This document shows, one piece after another, positions 1 to 11,938 of a stretch of 64,000 nucleotides of DNA. The notes beneath the pieces are model-generated. The model was not told where the DNA came from and searched no databases. It saw nothing but the letters and a program-made list of their open reading frames with translations. Source of the DNA: Hyalangium minutum (GTDB lineage: Bacteria; Myxococcota; Myxococcia; Myxococcales; Myxococcaceae); contig NZ_JMCB01000018.1 of NCBI RefSeq assembly GCF_000737315.1, positions 177,237 to 241,236 of the forward strand, written 5' to 3'. Every line of letters starts with the position of its first letter. Position 1 is the first letter of the stretch. The position numbers and the translations under genes are program-made.

Positions 1-2975
<2,975 letters not shown>

Positions 2976-2986
2976 ATCTGAACCGT

Positions 2987-5041
2987 TCATCGCTTGCCCT
3001 CCCCCATGCGCCGGGTACGGATCAGCGCCAGCACCATGCATAGAAAGGAACCTCCAGCCCAGCCGCTCGATTGGGCGCCACAGCCACAGCCCGAGGAGCT
3101 ATCAGGCCCCTCCGCGTCCGGATTCTCCACCGCGACCTTGAACTGGCAGCGCTTGGTGTTCCCCGCCTGATCCGTGGCCGTCACTGTGACAGGGGTGACG
3201 TCGCCGATGGGAAGCGCGCTGCCGTTGGGAGGATCGAAGGCAATGCTCACGGGGGAGAGCGTGTCGCTCGCCACCACCTCTGGATACTGGACCACGACGC
3301 TCCCGGTCCCCGAGGCCTCGATGAAAGTGTACGAAGGGCAGCGAAGGACCGGAGGCGTGGTGTCCTGAACGGTCACCGGGAAGGTGCAGCTGGCGGTGTT
3401 GCCGGCCTCATCCCGGGCGGTGACGGCCACTTCGGTGCGCCCGAGCGGGAAAGTGCTTCCGGACGCCTGGCTGTACTCGAGCACGGGCGCCTCCGTGAAG
3501 TCATCCGTCGCGATGGCGGCGAAGGACACGGGCATCCCCTGGAGGCTCGTGGCCTCGACGGAGATGGCCGCCGGGCAGGTCACCAGGGGCGGAGCCCGGT
3601 CGCAGAGATCCAGGGCCCAGAGTTCCTCTCCCGCCTCGGGATCATGCGCGACGAAGAAGAGCTTTGAACCGGCGCGGGTCAAGTCACGCGGAAAGGAGCC
3701 CCCCGGGCCCGGGACGAGATCCATCACCTGGACCGTGCCTTCCACGGTCCCATCGCTCTTCCACAGCTCGGTGCCGCTGCTGGCATCAGAGCCCGCGAAG
3801 TAGAGGACTTTCCCCACGCTCTTCATGGGGGGCGGGTGGCCTGAGCTGTCGATCCCCTCCCTCTTGAGCCAGCGGGTTCCCTCCTCCGTGCCATCGGTGC
3901 GCCACAGCCCGATCTGGCCCTGGTCGTCATAGGCCAGGAAGAAGAGCTGGTCACCGGCTGCCGTGAGCCCCTGTGGACTACTCCCCTCTGAGCCCTGCAC
4001 CTGGCCCATCACCCGCACCGTACCGCTCTCCGACCCATCGCTCACCCATAGCTTCCGGCCAAAGAACGGCTCGGTCGCGGCGAAGAAGAGCTTGTTGCCT
4101 CCGACAACAGTCAGGGAGGTGGGGTTCGAGTCGGCGAGCTCGGGCCAGATGTTGGCGACGATGTCGGTGCCCAAGAGGGTGCCGTCGCTCCACCACACCT
4201 CACGGCCCCACTCATCGTCATCCGCGGAGAAGTAGGCACGCCCGTTCATGACGACCATGCTCTGAGGGCTCGAGTCGTAGAGCTTGAAGATGTTCTTCAC
4301 CATCGCCGTGCCCTGAGCGGTGCCATCGCTGATCCACAGCTCCTGGCCCAGCGCTCCGTCATTCGCTGAGAAGAGGAGCTTGTCGCCCAGGGCGGTGAGC
4401 TCGGAGGCCACGGCCCCGAAGGAGCCTGGGCGGATGTCCTTCACCAAGCCGGTGCTCCCGTCCGTCCGGTGGTGCATCCACAGCTCGCTGCCGTGAGTGC
4501 CGTCGTCCGCTGTGAAGAAGAGCCGCTCACCCACCACGGTGAGCTCGGCGGGAGAGGAGTCCGCTGCACCCGGGGCCACGTCCGCGACCCGCTTTGTCCT
4601 CTCTGGGGTGCCGTCGCTCCACCAGAGTTCCCGACCGGAGACACCCTCCGATGCGGAGAAGAAGAGGCCATCCTGAGCCGGCGTCAGTTCCGTTGGCGAG
4701 GAGGGGGACGCCCCTGGGGAGATGTCCTTCACGCGCTGCGTGCCCGCAGCGGTGCCATCACTTCGCCAGAGTTCCTCGCCCAACGCCCCGTCGGTCGCGC
4801 CGAAGAAGAGCCACCCTCTGGCTGCGGCCAGCTGCGGAACCCTGTCGTCCACTCTGGATGGGAAGGCGCTGGCGGGGCCTGGATGGATGTCCCGCACGCG
4901 CGCGGGCGGCGTGCACTGGCTGTCGAGCGTGAAGCGCGAGTGGAGGCTGAGCGAAGCCTCGCCGGGTTCCGAGAGGGGTCCACAGCCCGTCAGCCACCAG
5001 AAGCACCCGAGGAGAACAGCGACGACGCGCCAAACGATCAT
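2987..5041 (-). CDS. ELWxxDGT-repeat beta-propeller surface lipoprotein with two HYR domains and a MYXO-CTERM-like anchor
   Basis: 8-9 copies of E(L/V)WxSDGT; two D.TPP...CP HYR-like units; C-terminal GCGCG + hydrophobic + RTRR tail. Start moved to ATG 5041 (MIVWRVVAVLLGC...LTGC lipobox) behind a GGGGA RBS. Confidence 0.88.
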   Translation of the reverse strand: MIVWRVVAVLLGCFWWLTGCGPLSEPGEASLSLHSRFTLDSQCTPPARVRDIHPGPASAFPSRVDDRVPQLAAARGWLFFGATDGALGEELWRSDGTAAGTQRVKDISPGASPSSPTELTPAQDGLFFSASEGVSGRELWWSDGTPERTKRVADVAPGAADSSPAELTVVGERLFFTADDGTHGSELWMHHRTDGSTGLVKDIRPGSFGAVASELTALGDKLLFSANDGALGQELWISDGTAQGTAMVKNIFKLYDSSPQSMVVMNGRAYFSADDDEWGREVWWSDGTLLGTDIVANIWPELADSNPTSLTVVGGNKLFFAATEPFFGRKLWVSDGSESGTVRVMGQVQGSEGSSPQGLTAAGDQLFFLAYDDQGQIGLWRTDGTEEGTRWLKREGIDSSGHPPPMKSVGKVLYFAGSDASSGTELWKSDGTVEGTVQVMDLVPGPGGSFPRDLTRAGSKLFFVAHDPEAGEELWALDLCDRAPPLVTCPAAISVEATSLQGMPVSFAAIATDDFTEAPVLEYSQASGSTFPLGRTEVAVTARDEAGNTASCTFPVTVQDTTPPVLRCPSYTFIEASGTGSVVVQYPEVVASDTLSPVSIAFDPPNGSALPIGDVTPVTVTATDQAGNTKRCQFKVAVENPDAEGPDSSSGCGCGAQSSGWAGGSFLCMVLALIRTRRMGEGKR

Positions 5042-5171
5042 GAAGTCCCCCAAGGCCCGTGTTGCCAACCATCGTATCCGCAGTTGTCGGCCGCGGACGC
5101 CCCGTCCACGCCGGTGGACAGTCTCAGGCCTCCACCGCCCGTAAGTGCCTGTTTTCTGGATGGCTGGAGCT

Positions 5172-5187
5172 TGGCCCACCGCGTGCT
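5172..5187 (+). promoter_or_regulatory. Possible sigma-54 (-24/-12) promoter upstream of the FHA-EBP gene
   Basis: TGGCCCACCGCGTGCT has GG-N10-GC spacing (GG 5173-74, GC 5185-86) and partly matches TGGCACG-N4-TTGC. Such spacing is frequent by chance at this GC content. Confidence 0.25.
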
Positions 5188-5324
5188 GTACCAGCGCATA
5201 GACCGCAGTCCATCCCATCCAACCTCGTGAGGCACACGAAAATATGCCTACCCATCAAGTCTCTTTTGTTGCCAACGCACCGACCCCACGTGTAAAGCCG
5301 CCCCCGTCCTCAGGAAAGGTGGCC

Positions 5325-6971
5325 ATGCCAGAGTTGGTGTTCTTTCGCCGGGGCGAGGAAGTGCTCAGGTTCGCGATCGACCGGCAGCGCGTCGTGCTCG
5401 GCCGCGGCGAGCGCAGTGACGTCGTCATCCCGGATCCCGACGTCAGCCGCCAGCACGTGGCGCTCATCTACAATGGGAAGACCTGCCAATTCGAGGATCT
5501 GTCCGGCAACGGCACCTTGGTCGCTGGCAAGTCCATGAAGCAGGGCGAGCTGCAGGATGGCGCCGACATCGCCCTGGGCAGGTGGCGCGCGATGTACCGC
5601 GAGCGCGGCACCGGAGAGACTGCAGGCCCCACCGGCGTGGGCCTGAGCACCGACATCTCGCCCGTGAACACCGAGGCTCGAGACAGCCAGCCGGCCCAGC
5701 TGCGCGTCAAACAGGGGGACACCGAGTTTCTCCACGACCTCACCGACAACACCTCCTTCACCCTCGGCAAGGATCCGTCCAACACCATCGTCGTCCAGGA
5801 TCGCTTCATCTCCAGCCGACACCTCAAGCTGACGCGCAACCAGGGCTTCTTCCATGTGGTGGACCTGAACTCCACCAACGGCTCCTTCCTGGGCAACGTC
5901 CGCATCTTCGACGTGGAGGTGCCCCTGAACACCGTGCTCCGGGTAGGCGAAACGGAGCTCATCCTCGAGCCGGCGTCCAAGAACAAGCAGGGCGCTTCCT
6001 CCCACGGCATCATCGGCAACGATCCGGCCGTGCGCAGCCTCGTGGAGCTCATCGAGCGGGTCGCACCCTCCACCATCTCGGTCACCATCCTGGGCGAGTC
6101 CGGTACCGGCAAGGAGCTGGTCGCCAAGGCCCTGCACACCTGCTCCGAGCGCGCTGACAAGGCCTTCATCCCCGTCAACTGCGCCGCCATCTCCAAGGAG
6201 CTCATCGAGAGCGAGCTGTTCGGCCACGAGAAGGGCGCCTTCACCGGTGCCCAGGGCACACGCCGGGGTGCCTTTGAGGAGGCTCACGGCGGCACCCTCT
6301 TCCTGGACGAGATCGGCGAGCTGCCGATGAACCTGCAGGCCAAGCTGCTGCGCGCCCTGGAGAGCGGAGAGATCAAGCGCGTGGGCGCCAGCCGCCCCAC
6401 CCATGTGGACGTGCGCGTGGTGGCGGCCACCAACCGAGACCTGCTGTCCCTCGCACGCGAGGGCCGGTTCCGCGAGGACCTCTACTACCGGCTTTGCGTC
6501 ATGCCCGTGCTGCTGCCGCCCCTGCGCAACCGCGCGGGAGACCTGGCGGCACTGGCGGACCACTTCGTGCGCATGTACTCGCCCCGAGGGCAAACGGTGA
6601 AGCTCACCCCTGGCGGCCTCGAGAAGCTCCAGAAGCACCCCTGGCCCGGCAACATCCGCGAGCTGCGCAACGTCGTCCACCGCGCCCTGCTCCTGCGCAA
6701 GGGGCCACAGATCGACATTGGCGACATCTCCTTCGACCAGGAGCTCAGCCGCATCACCGCGGGCGCCGCTGGGCTCGTCCTCACCATGCCCGAGGGCCTC
6801 ACCCTGGAGCAGATGCTGCAACTGGCCGAGCGCCAGATCATCGAGCTCACCCTGCGCCGCTACGGCCACAACCGCGAGCGCGTGGCCAAAGAGCTGGGCC
6901 TGGCACGCTCCACCCTCTTCAAGCGTCTCAAAGAGTGGGGCATCGGCAAGGCCGAGGAGGATCTGGAGTAA
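5325..6971 (+). CDS. Sigma-54 enhancer-binding protein with two N-terminal FHA domains (FHA-FHA-AAA+-Fis HTH)
   Basis: FHA motifs GR..SDVVIPDPDVSRQH..DLSGNGT and GK...DRFISSRH..DLNSTNG; Walker A GESGTGKE, GAFTGA loop, LFLDEIGE, HPWPGNIREL, C-terminal HTH. Start at ATG 5325 after AGGAAAGG. Confidence 0.95.
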   Translation: MPELVFFRRGEEVLRFAIDRQRVVLGRGERSDVVIPDPDVSRQHVALIYNGKTCQFEDLSGNGTLVAGKSMKQGELQDGADIALGRWRAMYRERGTGETAGPTGVGLSTDISPVNTEARDSQPAQLRVKQGDTEFLHDLTDNTSFTLGKDPSNTIVVQDRFISSRHLKLTRNQGFFHVVDLNSTNGSFLGNVRIFDVEVPLNTVLRVGETELILEPASKNKQGASSHGIIGNDPAVRSLVELIERVAPSTISVTILGESGTGKELVAKALHTCSERADKAFIPVNCAAISKELIESELFGHEKGAFTGAQGTRRGAFEEAHGGTLFLDEIGELPMNLQAKLLRALESGEIKRVGASRPTHVDVRVVAATNRDLLSLAREGRFREDLYYRLCVMPVLLPPLRNRAGDLAALADHFVRMYSPRGQTVKLTPGGLEKLQKHPWPGNIRELRNVVHRALLLRKGPQIDIGDISFDQELSRITAGAAGLVLTMPEGLTLEQMLQLAERQIIELTLRRYGHNRERVAKELGLARSTLFKRLKEWGIGKAEEDLE

Positions 6972-7074
6972 GCCCTTCACCGACATTGCGCGCCGCGGCA
7001 AGGGACAGATCTTTCCGCAGCCTCGCCCGTTACATGCCCTAAGCCCCTTATGCGGGGGCCACAGGAGGCATGTC

Positions 7075-7584
7075 ATGAGTGCCAGTGTCGCCGTGCTCCC
7101 CCCCATCTCGCAGCTCTACCGCCAACATCGCACACGGGCCCTGGCCATTGCGCGGCGGATAGTGGGAGACGTGGATGACGCGGAGGATGTGGTTCAGGAC
7201 GTGTTCACGCGGCTGGCTCGCAAGCCCGAGGGCTTCACCGGGCGGGCGGCGTGGACCACCTGGCTGCACCGCGTCATGGTCAACAGCAGCATCAACTGGC
7301 TGCGGGCGCGCAAGCGCCGCGAGAAGCTGAGCTACGAGCTCCAGGAGCCCACTTCTCCGGAGGCCCAGGCGGTGGGCGAGGAGATGCAGCGGCACTTCGG
7401 GGATGCGCTGAAGCAGGTGAGTGACTTGCAGCGCCAGGTGCTGTGGCTGCGCGAGGTGCGCGGCTTCAGCTATCCGGAGATCGCCCACGTGCTGCACATC
7501 CCCGAGGGCACGGTGAAGAGCTCGCTGCACCGCGGGCGCGTGCGGGCGCTCGAGGTGCTCGAGGAGCGTGGGCAGCGCCCGTGA
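7075..7584 (+). CDS. ECF-type RNA polymerase sigma factor
   Basis: DAEDVVQDVF (region 2), WTTWLHRVMVN, FSYPEIAHVLHIPEGTVKSSLHRGR (region 4). AGGAGG lies 6 nt upstream of ATG 7075. Confidence 0.92.
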   Translation: MSASVAVLPPISQLYRQHRTRALAIARRIVGDVDDAEDVVQDVFTRLARKPEGFTGRAAWTTWLHRVMVNSSINWLRARKRREKLSYELQEPTSPEAQAVGEEMQRHFGDALKQVSDLQRQVLWLREVRGFSYPEIAHVLHIPEGTVKSSLHRGRVRALEVLEERGQRP

Positions 7585-7617
7585 GCTGAGGGCGCTGCCG
7601 CCGGCCCCGCCTCTGGC

Positions 7618-9627
7618 CTACGGAGGCGGGATCGTCACAGGGACGCTGGAGGTGTTGTTGTCCAGCGTCGCCTCCTGGAAGGCGCGCGCCGGGTTGAGCG
7701 TCACCTGGAGGCGGTAGTCGCCCGGGGCCAGGTCCGTGATGTCCAGCCACTGGCAGTCCAGCGTGTTGCCGTAGAGATCGGACCAGCCGCGCTGGATGCC
7801 CTGGTTGGAGCAGTCGAACTCCTTGGAGCAAGACACGCTGGGCCCCGCCACCACGCGCTGCGTGTCCTCCATGCAGTAGGCCTGCTTGCGGCCGGTGAGC
7901 ACCACGTGGCCCTGCAGATCCAGCAGGGCGTACGAGGCAAAGCCGCTGAAGTGGTAGTGGCCATGGCAGGGCGAGAAGGTGAACAGGTCCGGCCGATCCG
8001 CAGGCGGCGGCACCGTGGCGGTGGCGAAGCCCTGGTTCACCGCCTCCACGCTGAAGCGCAGCACACGGCGCTCGCCAATGCCCGTCACGCACTCCTCCAC
8101 CTTCGCGCACGAGTTCTCCGTGACGTAGACCGAGTCAAAGAGGATCTCGTTCTTGAGCCGCTGCTCGTCGACGATCAGATCCGGCAGCGACTCGGTGACA
8201 GGGTGGCAGACACAGTCCGAGCCGCAGAACTCCGTGGCCCCGCAGCCCGGCGAGCACTGGGGCCGCAGGTGGTTGCAGTCCTGGAAGGTCTGGCACAGTC
8301 CCGAGGACGGCACGCAGAGCTTTGCCTCCGGGCAGAAGCCGCACTGGCCGCCGCAGCCGTCGTCGCCGCACTCCTTTCCATCACACTGCGGCGTGCACGG
8401 GCTCTGCAGGCAGCGCCCGCTGATGCAGACCTGGCCCGCGTCACACGCTCCACAGTTGCCGCCACAGCCGTCGCTGCCGCCGCAGTACACGCCGTCGCAC
8501 TTGGGGACGCAGCCGTCCGGGGTGAAGCGCGTCTTCAGCGTGAACGCACCGGACTGCGCGGCATCGAAGCCGTCGACGATGAGGTAGTAGGTGCCCGGAT
8601 CCAGCGCCACGGTGATGCGCGAGCCGTAGTCCCCCGGGGGCGACGAGTCATCGCTGCACGCCACCGTCTTGTTGGGCGTGTTGTCGAGGCAGTCCGCCGC
8701 GCCGTCCGCCGTGCGCTTCTTGCGCAAGTGGAGCACCGTGTCGTAGCCGGAGACGCGCGCCTCCAAGCCCATCCGCTGGGTGAGGGTGAAGGTGTAGACG
8801 GACTCCACTGCGGTGCTGGTGCTGTTGCACGAGGGCACCGCCTGATGGATGCCCGCGGAAGTATCGCCCTGGAGGGTGTGGTCCCCAGCCAGCGGCGTCC
8901 CGTCCGCCACCAGGGGCAGCGGCGAGCGGCAGGTGCCCGGCTGCGCGTCGGACTTGCACTGGAAGATCGCCTGCGCGCACCCCTGGCCCGCGCCACAGGT
9001 GCCGCATTCGCCGCCACACCCGTCATCTCCGCACTGCTTGCCCGCGCAGTCAGGGGTGCAGGAAGGACCGGCCCGGCACGTCGCGCACGTCCCAGAGGGC
9101 GTGTGCACGCAGATGCGCCCCACCTCGTCGCAGTCGTCTATCGTGCACTCTGTGCCATCGTCGCAGGCCGAGCGCGAGCTGACGCACTGGCCGTTGGAGA
9201 AGCGCTCCTCGCCGTTGCAGAAAATGCCATCCGAGCACGTCACCTCCACCGAGGTCCGGACGGTGTTCGCGAAGGCCTTGTCCTTGTGGTGGGGGGTCCA
9301 CGTGAGCTCGTGGAGGCCCGGCAAGGCGGGCGTGGCGACGGTGCCCGTGAACGTGGCCGCCTCTCCAGGCTTCACGTTCTTCTCGAGTTGGAGCGTACCG
9401 CCGCTCCAGCCCTCCTGCTCCTGAGGAGAGAGGACGAGCGTCACGTCTCCCTTCTTCCAGGTCGCGGTGCCCGAGTTCTTCACGGCCACCGAGAGCGCCC
9501 CGTTGCCCGCAGGCAGCACATGCTGCGGGGCAGCGGGCTCCAGCTCGGTGAACTCGTAGGTGTCATCGTCGCAGCCGCTCAGCAGAACGGCGACGGTTCC
9601 CAGCACGCACAGCAGGATCTTGCGCAA
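7618..9627 (-). CDS. Lysyl oxidase-family lipoprotein with Ig-like, Cys-rich repeat and PPC-like modules
   Basis: Lipobox LLSGC; three C.P.C.G..CG.DGCGG.CG.C repeats; C-terminal LOX domain with CHGHYH, GRKQAYCMEDT, GWSDLY and CQWLDITD. TTG start after GAGGGGG. Confidence 0.88.
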   Translation of the reverse strand: MRKILLCVLGTVAVLLSGCDDDTYEFTELEPAAPQHVLPAGNGALSVAVKNSGTATWKKGDVTLVLSPQEQEGWSGGTLQLEKNVKPGEAATFTGTVATPALPGLHELTWTPHHKDKAFANTVRTSVEVTCSDGIFCNGEERFSNGQCVSSRSACDDGTECTIDDCDEVGRICVHTPSGTCATCRAGPSCTPDCAGKQCGDDGCGGECGTCGAGQGCAQAIFQCKSDAQPGTCRSPLPLVADGTPLAGDHTLQGDTSAGIHQAVPSCNSTSTAVESVYTFTLTQRMGLEARVSGYDTVLHLRKKRTADGAADCLDNTPNKTVACSDDSSPPGDYGSRITVALDPGTYYLIVDGFDAAQSGAFTLKTRFTPDGCVPKCDGVYCGGSDGCGGNCGACDAGQVCISGRCLQSPCTPQCDGKECGDDGCGGQCGFCPEAKLCVPSSGLCQTFQDCNHLRPQCSPGCGATEFCGSDCVCHPVTESLPDLIVDEQRLKNEILFDSVYVTENSCAKVEECVTGIGERRVLRFSVEAVNQGFATATVPPPADRPDLFTFSPCHGHYHFSGFASYALLDLQGHVVLTGRKQAYCMEDTQRVVAGPSVSCSKEFDCSNQGIQRGWSDLYGNTLDCQWLDITDLAPGDYRLQVTLNPARAFQEATLDNNTSSVPVTIPPP

Positions 9628-9737
9628 GGTGTCCCCCTCAGTGGTTTTCGACAGGTTCGCCTGGAGTCCGGGCCTTTGTCACGCTCCCTGGCCGTTCCCC
9701 CCTCCGAGCGCCGGGCAGGGACTGCTACGCTGCGAAC

Positions 9738-10721
9738 ATGCGTACGGCATCCGCCCCGATCTCCCCTCCTCCGAGCGCCGAGCAGGCCGAGAAGGCTCGC
9801 ACCCTCATCACCCGGTTGCTGGGGAGCCTGGAGAAGGCCATCCGGGGCAAGCGCGAGGCGCTGGAGTTGGTGCTGTGCTGCGTCGCGGCAGGCGGACACG
9901 TGCTGCTGGAGGACGTGCCGGGCACGGGGAAGACGACGCTGGCGAAGGCGCTGGCCGTGAGCATGGGCGGGCAGTTCAAGCGGGTTCAGTTCACGCCGGA
10001 TCTGCTGCCCACGGACATCGTCGGCACCTCGCTGTTCAACCCCCAGGACGGCACGTTCCGGTTCAAGCCGGGCCCCATCTTCGCCAACGTGCTCATCGCC
10101 GATGAGATCAACCGCGCCTCGCCGCGCACCCAGTCGGCGCTGCTGGAGGGGCTCTCCGAGCAGCAGGTGACGGTGGATGGCGAGACGCGCACCCTGCCCT
10201 CGCCGTTCCTGTGCATCGCCACGCAAAACCCGGTGGAGTTCCACGGCACCTATCCACTGCCGGAGGCCTCGCTGGATCGCTTCGCCGCGCAGCTCTCGCT
10301 CGGCTACCCGCCCGAGGCCGAGGAGCGAGCCCTGCTCACCGAGCAACGCGGACCGAAGCCCGCCACACCGCTGGAGCCGGTCTGCACCTTGGAGGAGGTG
10401 GTGGCGCTGCAGCGAGCCGTGGAGGAAGTGCGAATGGAGGCCTCGGTCGCGGATTACCTGCTGCGCGTGGTGCACGCCACGCGAGGCCATGCCAGCGTGC
10501 GGCTGGGAGTCTCTACACGCGGAGCGCTCCTGTACGCCCGGATGGCCCGGGCCCGGGCGCTCGCGAGTGGCCGGGACTTCGTGCTGCCGGAGGATCTCAA
10601 GGCGATGGCGGTGCCGGTGCTCACCCACCGGCTGGTGTTGGATACCCGAGCCCGCTACGCCGGCACGGACAAGCAGGGCCTCACGCGCGAGCTCGTCTCC
10701 TCCGTCCCGCTGCCCCGCTAG
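9738..10721 (+). CDS. MoxR-family AAA+ ATPase
   Basis: [59 protein letters not shown]. Confidence 0.95.
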   Translation: MRTASAPISPPPSAEQAEKARTLITRLLGSLEKAIRGKREALELVLCCVAAGGHVLLEDVPGTGKTTLAKALAVSMGGQFKRVQFTPDLLPTDIVGTSLFNPQDGTFRFKPGPIFANVLIADEINRASPRTQSALLEGLSEQQVTVDGETRTLPSPFLCIATQNPVEFHGTYPLPEASLDRFAAQLSLGYPPEAEERALLTEQRGPKPATPLEPVCTLEEVVALQRAVEEVRMEASVADYLLRVVHATRGHASVRLGVSTRGALLYARMARARALASGRDFVLPEDLKAMAVPVLTHRLVLDTRARYAGTDKQGLTRELVSSVPLPR

Positions 10722-10729
10722 GCTCCGCC

Positions 10730-11938
10730 ATGGCTCGCCGCCGCCGCTGGTCCTTCATGATGCCCCCGGAGGAGCACCGCTTCGTCCGGATCCTGGCCGA
10801 GCGCTACCGCGGTTGGCTCACGCCTCTCGGCCAGTCCGTGCTCTGGGCCATGGGCGCCGCCGGCTTGATGATGCTCTGGGGACTCCAGCCCGCCATCGTC
10901 TTCTTCTGCCTCTGTGCCGGACTCCTCGTCGGTGGCGTCTCGGCCGGGCTGCCCTTCCGGCCACGCCTCAAGCTCTCCCGGCGCCTGCCACCCCCCGTCT
11001 CCGCCGGGGACACCTTGCAGTACCGCGTCGTCGTGGAGAATCGCGGCCGCCGCCCCGCTCGCAAGGTCGTGGTGGAGGAGCGCAGCCTGCCCCCAGAGCT
11101 GAAGTTCCTCGACGAGCCCCCTGTCATCGAGGTGCTCGCTCCAGGCGAGCGCGCCGAGGTGAACCTGTCCCTCGTCTGCGCCACGCGCGGCGCCTACGAG
11201 CTGCCCTGGCTCCAAGCCTCCAGCTTCTTCCCCTCCGCGCTGGTGAAGATGCCCCGCCGCACGACGGAGAAGGATCGACTCCTGGTCTACCCACGCTTCA
11301 CCCCGCTGGAGCGCTTCGACGTGCCCCACGGGCGCAACTACCAGCCGGGCGGCATCCCCATCGCCTCCAGCGTGGGCGAGTCCACCGAGCTGGCCGGCAC
11401 CCGCGAGTTCCGCGAAGGAGACCGTACCCGTGACATCCACTGGCCCTCGCTCGCGAGAACGGGCCGGCTCGTGGTGAAGGAGTATCAAGAGGAGTACTTC
11501 GTCCGGCTGGCCATGGTGCTGGATGTGGAGACGCGCAGCTCCGAGGACGAAGCCCTGTTCGAGCGCAGCCTCTCACTGGCCGCCGGCATCGCGGACGTGC
11601 TCGCCCGCCAGGAGTACATCATCGACATCTTCGCGGCTGGCTCCCAGGTGTTCCACTTCCAGGCGGGCCGCGCCCTCGCCCACTTCGAGCACATCCTGGA
11701 GATCCTCGCCTGCCTCGAGTCCGAGGATCGGCTGGACATGCACGCTCTGGAGGCCGCACTCCTGCCCGAGGCTGGCAAGCTCTCCGCTGTCATCCTCGTG
11801 ATGATGGACTGGGACGAGCCACGCGCAGCGCTGCTGCGCAAGCTGAAGGCCCACGGCGTGGCGGTCCGCGTGCTCTCCGTCCGCCCGGATCGCCGGCCCG
11901 AGGGGCTCGCTCCCGATGAGGTGGTGGAGCTGCCATGA
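10730..11938 (+). CDS. DUF58-domain (VWA-like) protein
   Basis: Follows the MoxR gene; N-terminal TM pair; ELAGTREFREGDRTRDIHWPSLAR signature. Start at ATG 10730. Confidence 0.85.
   Translation: MARRRRWSFMMPPEEHRFVRILAERYRGWLTPLGQSVLWAMGAAGLMMLWGLQPAIVFFCLCAGLLVGGVSAGLPFRPRLKLSRRLPPPVSAGDTLQYRVVVENRGRRPARKVVVEERSLPPELKFLDEPPVIEVLAPGERAEVNLSLVCATRGAYELPWLQASSFFPSALVKMPRRTTEKDRLLVYPRFTPLERFDVPHGRNYQPGGIPIASSVGESTELAGTREFREGDRTRDIHWPSLARTGRLVVKEYQEEYFVRLAMVLDVETRSSEDEALFERSLSLAAGIADVLARQEYIIDIFAAGSQVFHFQAGRALAHFEHILEILACLESEDRLDMHALEAALLPEAGKLSAVILVMMDWDEPRAALLRKLKAHGVAVRVLSVRPDRRPEGLAPDEVVELP

Noticed and set aside
7070-7078. ATG-TCA-TGA mini-ORF overlapping the ECF sigma start
   Set aside because: The AGGAGG site is 1 nt from this ATG but 6 nt from the sigma ATG, so it serves the latter.
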